In this document: in pieces, positions 35,231 to 64,000 of the stretch
How the letters are laid out: every line of letters starts with the position of its first letter
Numbering within the stretch: the first letter of the stretch is position 1
NCBI RefSeq assembly: GCF_009914755.1
Contig: NC_060926.1
Origin: the human T2T-CHM13v2.0 reference genome, Homo sapiens
DNA: 64,000 bases
Reading direction: 5' to 3' (one strand)
Position numbers and translations under genes: made by a program
The notes under the pieces: model-generated
The model's input: the letters and a program-made list of their open reading frames with translations, nothing else
What the model was told of the DNA's origin: nothing
Databases searched by the model: none

Positions 35231-35411
35231 CTTCTTAGCCTTGTTAAACCCCTCAACCAACCTGTGGTCACTGAGAGGAGGCGAGTCATGTGTGAGGCTC
35301 CAGGCAGGGGTGGGGCAGTGACTACTCAGTCAATTGCTCCATGTCTCAGTGGTTTCATCTATAAAATGGGTGGTGTGGAATTCACTCAGGTATCCACAAG
35401 ATAATGCAGGT
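35231..35411 (-). ncRNA. PCBP1-AS1: Predicted lncRNA exon (181 nt, or 128 nt from an alternative acceptor)
   Basis: Acceptor TCTCCACTCCCTTCCTCAG (AG at 35412-35413), alternative CCCATTTTATAG (35359-35360), donor AAG|GTGAGT (35225-35230). Confidence 0.65.
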
Positions 35412-37270
35412 CTGAGGAAGGGAGTGGAGATTTTACCAAAAGTGCAGAAAACATTTACATAAACCTCCCACCCCGCCAAAGAAAAATAACCAAAGTCATC
35501 AAATATCATCAGTCCCTGGACATAAGTAGAAGGACCCTTAGAGATCATTTAATCTCTTGCTTTATAAAAGGGAGAACTGAAACCCTGACAGATGAGTTGT
35601 AGAAGTCTCAGAGCTAGACAGGGGCAGAGCTAGGACTAGGGCCCAGAGCCTCAGATTCCAAGGTCCAATGACCTCTTTGCCAGACCACAGCATCACCCAA
35701 GGTGTCTGTATGACATGTTACCAACCCCAAGACACATTACAATTTAACCAACGTCCAAACGTGGGCTACCGAAGGGAGAAACTGTTAAGACTCTCGGGGA
35801 AGGAGGGAGGCTAAGAGCTGGGGAAGCTGGGAAAGGGAAGGCTTCACTGAGGAGGTGCACTAAGTCCCAGGAGTACATAACAGGAAATTATGGAAATATT
35901 TCAGTAGGTAGTCTTGGAAAGAAAGACCTGACAGATAAAATTTTCTCTAGAGAAAAGAAATAAGTTAGATTTAAAAGACCAGAAGAAGGCTTTGTTTGAA
36001 CATTCCTTGATTATATGCAATTTAGTCCTTTTGTTGTCACCTGAGTTTCTAACACTTGGTAATATTTTTAATTCCCTCATCTATTCTGTCTCCCTATGAG
36101 ACAGGACTCTCTGCAGAGACCACATCCAGTTTAGTGGTTAAGAATGGAGTCTCTGGACTCAGATTGCCTAAATTCAAATCCTTGCTTTACCACTTAATAG
36201 CTGTGTGACCTTGGATAAATTCCTTCACTAATCTGTACCTCTGTAAAACTGACCTAATATCACCACCCATTTCAGGAGGTTTTGTGAGGATTAAATGTGT
36301 ATAAGCGGTCACAACTTATTAATGGGTTTTTAATCACTTTATAATGTGTCCTTTTTATATATAAAGAATAGAAATTACCCAAGTACATATACTGCATGTA
36401 GTAACAAATATTGTTTTGCAAAAATTTTGTTACATATGTGTGCATAAATGTCTTAAATCATAATGTAAAATTTGTTTCTTAGTGGTTTTTTTAAAAATGT
36501 GAGACACTGAATACATAAAATAAGGCTTAGAACAATGCCCAGCACACAGTAAGCACCTAGTGCTGTAACTGTCATCGTTGCTGTTATGTACCTATTAAAT
36601 GTTCGTAGAGTTATATAAACTAACATGAAACCACTTTGGAAAATATATCTGATAGTAACATAAGTTAAAGGCAAAAAGCCCTTCTCTTTGTCTCTCATAT
36701 CCACACACAATCAGAGCCCTGCTCAGGCACCAGTTTGTTGCTTGGCCCACTAGCTACGTGTTGCATTGAACTGAAGAGTCCACAGACTGACCTAACACTC
36801 TGTCATGCTCTGTCAATCTCTGCAGAGAAATGGAGGCTTGGTGCCAGAGCGAATTTATTTTTACCTGGTTGGGGTGCTGGGGTGGGGGAGGCAAGAGTCA
36901 AGCCCATGGGGAGCTGACGGAAGCAAGTCAGTCATACAAAAAACCATTTGCTCCCCCAGAGGCAGGTAGGCTCAAATGTGCCACAGACAGGGCCAGACCG
37001 ACAGACACCTGAGCCTCTGGGCAGGCTGAATCACTTCCCCCTCCCTATCCTCACCAGACACTGCATAAGACAGCATTTCAGCCCGCCCGCCCGTTACAGG
37101 TGTAGCTCTTATCAGGAAAAGCTGGGAGCTGCCTGATACAAAAAGGGGCTGACTGCACAACAAAAGATTACCTGAAGGGCTCATTTAAATGACAAGCTCA
37201 CCTAAACGTTTTAAATAGTATTTAAATTCCAAAACCCTGATTTACAGAAAAACCTGGAAAATGTGCTCAC

Positions 37271-37348
37271 CAGTAAGGAAATCTGGAGGTCCATCCCCGA
37301 CATTGTGTGACCTTGAATTAAGCACTTCATCTTTATGTTTGTCTTCCT
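37271..37348 (-). ncRNA. PCBP1-AS1: Predicted lncRNA exon in an antisense MIR, with alternative donors
   Basis: Acceptor (TC)n-TTTTAAACAG (AG at 37349-37350); donors CTG|GTGAGC (37265-37270), TAG|GTGAGC (37196-37201), CAG|GTAATC (37166-37171). Confidence 0.6.
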
Positions 37349-37789
37349 CTGTTTAAAAGAGAGAGAGAGAGAGAGAGATAAGAACACCTACCTCAGAGGA
37401 CCATGGTAAAAATTAAAGATAGAATACGGTGAACTGCCTTGCATCGGATGTGCTGGCACTGGCCAATGCACAATAAACGCCTGTCCCTTCTAGACTAAAA
37501 ATGAACACTTAATTGTGGTAAACTATTAATAAGATTCACCGGCCAACTGTCCTATGAAAAAGTCAGAGGCACTGTAGTCTCTTCGTAGCTCTCGTTCTCT
37601 CCAGCACAACAGCCCATGCTAGGAAGTCTAGAAAAGCAGTAACTTATCTCATTCCTTAAATTAAACAGAGGTTTCTAAATGCTTTGGTACTGTGGGGACC
37701 CAAATTATCCCTTGATACTGCCCCCCTATTATCCACTATTAAGCTTTAAAAAGGCGAGAGATTAAATATTGTGCCCACATTTTACAGTC

Positions 37790-40538
<2,749 letters not shown>

Positions 40539-40822
40539 AACAGTGTAGGTTCCCTCAATAACCCCTTTCTGCTGTTCTCCCATGATCCAACTGTGTAATT
40601 TCTGGTCAGTGATTCCAGGTTTTAAATAATTTGTAAGTGTTCAGTTTCTACACAACTTTATCATCCGCTAAGAATTTAAAAATCACATTCTCTGTTCAGC
40701 TGTTAATGCTGGGATCCATATTTAGTTTTATAAGCTTTTCCCTGTTTTTAGTTTTGTTTTGGGTTTTTTGGCTCATGAATTTTATTTCTGTTTGTCGATA
40801 AGAAATGTAAGAGTGGAATGTT

Positions 40823-40869
40823 AATAAATTTCAGTTTAGTTCTGTAATGTCAAGAATTTAAGAATTAAA
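40823..40869 (+). terminator. PCBP1 polyadenylation signals
   Basis: AATAAA at 40823-40828 and ATTAAA at 40864-40869; TGTA motifs upstream and T/GT-rich sequence near 40930-40950. Confidence 0.75.
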
Positions 40870-42668
40870 AAACGGATTGGTTAAAAAATGCTTCATATTT
40901 GAAAAAGCTGGGAATTGCTGTCTTAAACTCTTTGTTGGTGCCTTTTTTTTCCCTCCCCTTTTAGCCTGAGGTGTTTGGAGGGAGGAGGGAGAAGGGTGGG
41001 CCCGTCCTTGGTATTCTCTCAAGCTCTTCTCACCTTATCGGTAAGATTCCATTCCCTCTGTGCCCCAACAAAGGAACATGGCAGGCTGGGCCTGCTTTGG
41101 GATGTTTCCAGGGACAGAGAGGTTCAAGTTCCAGAGAGAGGCCTCTGCCCATTTCTCTGGTAGAAACAAGGTTTTCTCGAGGGGAAAAGGTGTGCCCACT
41201 CAGTAGGACCTCTAAATGGCAGAGCGTCCTCTCCATCTAACCAGTTCCCCCACCCCCACCTCACAGGATAAACTTAGGAACAAAAAAATATTCTGGGGTG
41301 GGAGGAGCCTGGGGAAGGGGTGTGGGGGCAGGGAAAGGAAAGGAAGGGAGGGCAGTGGGCCGGGGAGGATTGGGGGCTTGGAGGAGGGCAACAGCTGCCG
41401 GGTGGTGGTGGGACTAGAGGGGTCTTGGTTGGGCAGCAGGGGTGGGAAGGGGGGAGGGGACGGTACCAACGAGACGCACGTGTCAAGCATGCACCTGTGG
41501 CAAGCAGCCTGTCAGAGGATGTTATTACACCTGCCAAGTGGTGTATCCAGAAACAAAAGAGGCCCAGTTTCCAATTCTTCAGCTGTGTGCAATGTTTAGA
41601 GAATCCCTATACCAGGAAATAATCCTGCCTAAATGGGTCAGTCTTCACAAGGCGGGAATGTAGACTGATGCACTGACTATAACCTAAGAATGATCTGAGT
41701 GTTAAAGATGCAGATTCCTCTGTCCCACCCCAAAACTAATCAGCTGTATTTTTAACAAACACCCCAAAGGAGTCTTAGATTTGAATGCCACTGATTGTCT
41801 TCAGTGGAGGAGGAAGATCCCGCTGTGAAGGCCGTAGCACCCTCACGCCCACGTCAGCCAATAGGACTATCCCTGACCTGATGAGAGAAGGAAAACTGCT
41901 AGGCAAAGGCAACATTAGAAACAATAGTATGAGAAAATAGAGCCTGAGATGAGGGAAAGAAGAAACAATAGTATCAGACAATAGACCAGTAGGTGCCAAA
42001 GTGGGTAGTTCAAACCCCAGGCACTATGGGAGATCACTCATGGCAAAGAGAAGTTCCTGTGGGAGGGGAGTATTATCCACAGTAAATATTCGTTGAGGCT
42101 TATTATGTGGTCACGCAGGGTTAGGCAAGCAGTCACTGAAAGGAGCCCAAATTCTGGAGTTAGACTTGCTTTCAAATTTGAGTTCTGCCTCCTATTCATG
42201 GCTTTGGACAAATTAATCTCTATAAATGAAGATGTTAAAATTAACACCTTCTGGGCTTGTGAAAATAAAATGAAAGCATGTATATAAAACAGAACAGTGC
42301 TTAGAACACAGTAAATTTCAGTGTACTCGATTATAAAAAGCCAAAAGGCCCATTTCTGGGGGCTGAGGGTTGGCCACAAAATCTGGGCAGAGAAGACAGA
42401 TGATTAAAAGGTAGGAAACAAAGCAATGTGTATTAAATGAGTTGGACTGAGAGGCCAAGACAGGTGGGGAGGGAGGGGGACCTAGTGAAGACCCAGAAGT
42501 GGGTACCATGCCTTCTGGGAACAATAAGCACAAATCCAAATCAAGGCAAGAGGGGATATAAGCTTGAACCCTCAAACACCAAGCCAAATAGTCTTTGAAG
42601 AATCCCTGAAATGCTGGGTGAAGCAGTTTGAATGCCCTATGAAAAGCAGGTCTTAATACCAAAAATTA

Positions 42669-45061
<2,393 letters not shown>

Positions 45062-45298
45062 AATCTTAATAGTTTTTTTATCCTTTCTCCCCAGTCCTTT
45101 CAGACACCAAAGGAATTCTGGGGAAGACAATTTCACTGGAATGAGTATGTTTGGGGAGCAGAATTTCAGAAGAGTGATGCGGGGAAACCAGTTTGCAGGA
45201 GGAGAGGAGGGCATAGTGGGTGAGGAAATGGAGGCAAGGGTGTCCACTGCTCAAATACTTGATGGTGCAAAGGAGGAAAAGAAATAAGTCAAAAAGTT

Positions 45299-45603
<305 letters not shown>

Positions 45604-47251
45604 TCAAAAAGTTGAGCAGTTGAGCGGGAAAATATTGTTTTGTTTTATTGTTTTTGAAAGGAACCTCACTAACAGGAGATAATAAGGAACCAATAGTAAG
45701 CTGAACGTTAAAGATACAGGTAAGAGAAGACTATGGCTCTAGCCATAGTCTGTTGGACTGCTGGAATTTAACTCTGTCCCCTCTTCCATAGGGACTTGCA
45801 TCTCAGAATTCCTCTCCTTTGTCCTTTCTCTTTGGGGCAGCTTGAGCATGTCCTGTCCTCTTCTGGATGGAGGACTGGAAATTGATGAGGCCCCTATGCA
45901 GTTGCTGATTCTTGTCACTGCCCTGTTCCTGCCTCCAGCTGTTAGGCCATAGCCACTGCCATAGTTGGGAAGAGCTGGAACAGGTTGACAAACACCTGTT
46001 GTGTCATAGCCATAGTATTTGTATCATGTGTTTAGAAGGCTGGTCTCCCCCGGTCCCCAATCCCCTCCCTTGCCCCACTCAAATATAGACACACACACAT
46101 GCACACACGTACATGACCACCACGAGCTCTCCTCCAGCCAGTAGTTTGGACAGTGAATCACCACTCTTGGGTTCACCCCTAGAGCAGCTACTTACTCCCT
46201 GTGACCTGAAAAGTAAGCAGTATTTACCAAGAGCTTCAGGTTTGTGAGTTGAACCCACCTCACCCCTTGCTACTCTTGGCTACCCCAAGTGGTGAACCAC
46301 ATACTGTCCAGCATCCCTGGGCCTGCCACCTCCTGCCAGTGAGACAGCGCCCAGTCAGACATACAAATAGGCAGTCACAGCAAGAGAAGCCTTCCACTAC
46401 CAAGTCCTCTGCTCACCTCACCTAGCCTGGCCACCTGAGGGGCCTTCCTAAAATTCAGATCTAAACACATGTGTCCCCCGATCAAAGGCCTTCAAGTCCC
46501 ACCTCACCCCCATGGTCTATGAAAGAAAACCCAAACTGTTCAGCACAGTTTTCCAGGCCCTTGAACATCTGTTCCCCACCAGCCTCACCAGTGCAAGGCC
46601 TAACAAGTCTCCTGCCACTACCTTCAGCCTTCCATACAAAATAACTGGCAGTCCCCCCAAAGTCATTCTGTGTGGGCATCCTTGCCTGTGGGACATCATT
46701 GTTTCTTCACTCTTCTGATCCTGGCTGTGCTCTTCTTCCTTACCTCCCTGGGGTTCTGGGGTTCCTGTTCTTTGAGCATCAACATTCTGCAAGGAAAATC
46801 ACACTGTGCTGAGAATTGGGAGACCTGAGTTCTAGTCCTGGCTCTGGCATCAGCTCACTGGGAGAGCTTGGACAAATTCCTCCCTCTTTCTGGGTCTTAG
46901 TCCTCCATCTGAGAAGACGGGATAAGTTCAGACCCATGATTCTCTGGCTGCCTTGGAAAATAAGGCTTCCTTTGTGGGCACCCATCCCAGCTTCTGCCTC
47001 CTGCCACAGGGCTGACTTCTGACACACAGGCCTTCTGTAAATACTCTAACAGAGAAAAGCGGAAGTTGACAAAAAACTGGCAGCAACAAGCCCCAGCTTG
47101 GCATTTTGGGTAACTATTCATAGGCACTTGATTGAGGAGGAAGTAGAAAGGAAGAACTGCAGTGAGATTTGCTCGGAACATCCCTGATCTATTATTGTGC
47201 CTGTCGCTTTAGACTTTTTCTTACTTATTTATTTTATTTATTTATTTTTAA

Positions 47252-47386
<135 letters not shown>

Positions 47387-47859
47387 TAGACTTTGAGGGG
47401 AAGATGTAAGGACAGTAGAGGGGAAGAAGACAGACACTCCAGAGAAGGTTACACACGAGGAGAAGTTAATCCCTAAAAGCAGGCCCAAGCCCTCGCCCCT
47501 CCTTTCCCCTGCCCTCCTGCCCTCAAAGCAAGGGCTTTGGGAGAGGGCTTGGCTGCCCTGATTTTCCCCTATACCTTGTGTCCACTGAAGTAGGGAGATA
47601 GTAACTGTGCTGCCCTCCTTCTCCTCCCAGGGGTGGATTGTGCCTCCAAACATCTGCCACTGGGCTGAGTGAGCCTTGGTAGGGAGCTGAGACCACCGTC
47701 CTTCAGCGTCAGCAAACTCATATCATGTCAGCTAGCCACTCGAATGGTGCAAGATGCCAAACTGGTTATTCCCTGAGCAGTTCAGTCACAGTAAGGTGAC
47801 TCTAAATGGACGGTCTGCACATTTTTCATCTTGTCTGTAATGACTTTTATTGCTCAATT

Positions 47860-52743
<4,884 letters not shown>

Positions 52744-52824
52744 TTATTCAAAAGAGGAAAGCCTTGATTTAAGGGCAGCTCCATTTCCAAGGCTTTTCAT
52801 GCACATTATCACTTTGCTATAGAA

Positions 52825-54898
<2,074 letters not shown>

Positions 54899-54929
54899 CT
54901 CTACAGAAAGATTTTACCAAAGTGTACTG

Positions 54930-57150
<2,221 letters not shown>

Positions 57151-57174
57151 GTTGCTATCAGAAGTGGAAGTTTT

Positions 57175-59764
<2,590 letters not shown>

Positions 59765-60619
59765 CTAAGAGGTAGGTACTAAGTTGAAGGGGAGACAGAA
59801 TGGAGATAAGGATTTGGGTTTTTTAGGTGGTAGTGACACAAGGATGTTCATAAGCTGAAGAAGAAAAGACCAACAAACAGACTAAACATTTGAGAATGAG
59901 ACAGAGGAAAAAGCATACGGAGCAAAGCACAGAGGTCACAGGGTGTGTGGCCAGCAGTGGTGGGGACGCTGCTAGCTTTCTCTGAAGTGGGAGAAAAGGA
60001 GTGTTCCTTTCCCTGCACTTTCTCAACCACACTGACTGAGGAAGGACAGAGGGGGCCCAGAGAGCAGTGGGGGTGTCCAATCACTGTTCTTGGGCCTGGA
60101 AACTGTTGGGGCTGTGGACCCCAGAGTACTGAAGGACTGCTGGACGGAGCGTATGGCTCCATCTGAGCCTGTAAATCATAAATCTACCTGGTCAAAGAGT
60201 AAAGGCCTCAAAGGTTCTGAGTTAATTGGTCTGGTTTTTGACCTGAGCATCAGAAATTTTTTAAGCTCCCTGAGTGAGTCTAACATGCAGCCATGGTTGA
60301 GAACCACTGGGGTTAAGAAGTGAATTGAGACGTATGGAGACTTAAATCTCCAACCCTGGGTGGGAGGACAAGGAGAGGCTCTGCCGCCCTGGCTGGAATA
60401 GTGGGGCCCTGTTTGGGTTGTGGACGTCCCTTCAGTCACAGGAGGATGAATTCCTGCCTTGTTCCTTTGGTCGGATCTGAATTCTTCCCCAACCTCCCGC
60501 CCTAACTGATAGCATACAGGGCTTCCCAGACAGAGACCATCAGCCCCTAGGGTGGCAGAGAAAGGCCAGGTTCAGGAATGTGACATTAATTATGACAAAC
60601 AATATGTTCTCCCACTTAA

Positions 60620-60850
60620 GAACTAAGCCTGGTTGGCTGCGCATGTGCGCGCGCGTGCTTGTGTGTGGGTGTGTGGTGGGGTATGTGTGTGTCCGGGGCT
60701 GCCGATTCAACTGAAAAACAAAAGCGGCTCTGAGTCTGAAGCTAAGGTTTAACAAGTGACCAAGATGACTCATGCTGCTTGGCTGCAAAGGCCACAGGGC
60801 TGCCACCCCCAGCGGGGCGGGGCCTGGGTGGGAAGAGTCACAGGTACAGA
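60620..60850. promoter_or_regulatory. Candidate distal regulatory element
   Basis: NRF1-like tgcgcatgtgcgc (60638-60650), AP-1 atgactcat (60765-60773) and GC box ggggcggggc (60814-60823) in unique sequence. Confidence 0.5.
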
Positions 60851-60928
60851 GGCTCCTGTGACATTCACACTCTGCCCCTGCATCGGCTGCCTTTGGGGCC
60901 AAATACTTTTGTGAAAATTAAGACAGAA

Positions 60929-63460
<2,532 letters not shown>

Positions 63461-63469
63461 TAATAATTC

Positions 63470-63632
63470 TTTCTAAAGAAGGGGTCTCGCTATGTTGCTC
63501 AGGCTGAGGCGCAGTGACTGTTCACAGATGTGATCATAACACACTACAACCTCAAACTCCTGGCCTCAAGGGATTCTCTCGGCTCAGCCTCCGGAGTAGC
63601 AGGGACCACAGGCATGCGCCACGGCACCCAGT
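63470..63632 (-). mobile_element. FAM (fossil Alu monomer)
   Basis: ggggtctcgctatgttgctcaggctg...gcagtgactgttcacagatgtgatcata, the 7SL-like monomer signature. Confidence 0.78.
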
Positions 63633-64000
63633 GTGGCACATTTTAAAAAATGCAGCCACTTAAGGGCACTTTCTGTTGTTTTATTTATCTTTCAAGTTTT
63701 ACTTATTTATAAATCTATGCACACATACACATGTACTATTGGATGAGAGCAGCAGGAGGCTGTGGAAAGGATCCTTGGCATAAAGCCAAGAGCACTTGTC
63801 TCCAGGTCTGATCTCCCACTTCCTGGGGCTCAATTTCCCCATTCATAAAATGGGTGGGTTGGCCTAGATAGGCCTAAGGACTCTTCCAGCTTAGATATTG
63901 CAGGATTCTAGATTGAAGTCAAACTGTTCCTTAGATTTTGTGTCTGATCCCACAGCCAGAGAGCAGGGCTGGTTTCCTTGTTAATGCGATCCAGTGCTGT

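Noticed and set aside
41209-41222. CTCF-like cctctaaatggcag downstream of PCBP1
   Set aside because: Mismatches in the core; cannot be supported without matrix scoring or ChIP data

Overview
Repeat-dense primate, almost certainly human, genomic DNA. I recognise it as the PCBP1 locus (2p13) from the intronless 356-aa, three-KH-domain ORF at 39468-40538, which lies in a large CpG island acting as a bidirectional promoter. Upstream of the island there is no credible protein gene. That region carries a chain of minus-strand splice-site pairs, mostly built from MIR, L1, Alu and MER1 fragments, consistent with the divergent lncRNA PCBP1-AS1. Downstream is a full-length MRPL36 retrocopy with an intact 103-codon ORF, poly(A) tail and target-site duplication (TSD), nested in a hAT DNA transposon. 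The rest is dozens of Alus plus L1, L2, MIR, MLT1 and MER elements and simple repeats; almost all short ORFs in the track are Alu read-throughs. I see no wholly new multi-gene system. The best leads are a recursive-splice-type exon (AG|GTGAGA) in the lncRNA, the intact MRPL36 retrocopy, a near-zero-spacer inverted Alu pair, a tiny L1 3' transduction, a YY1 motif cluster, a G-rich tract past the PCBP1 poly(A) signals and a perfect 30-bp tandem repeat. Repeat subfamily names and comparisons to parent genes come from memory of consensus sequences, not from searches. Repeat boundaries are approximate.
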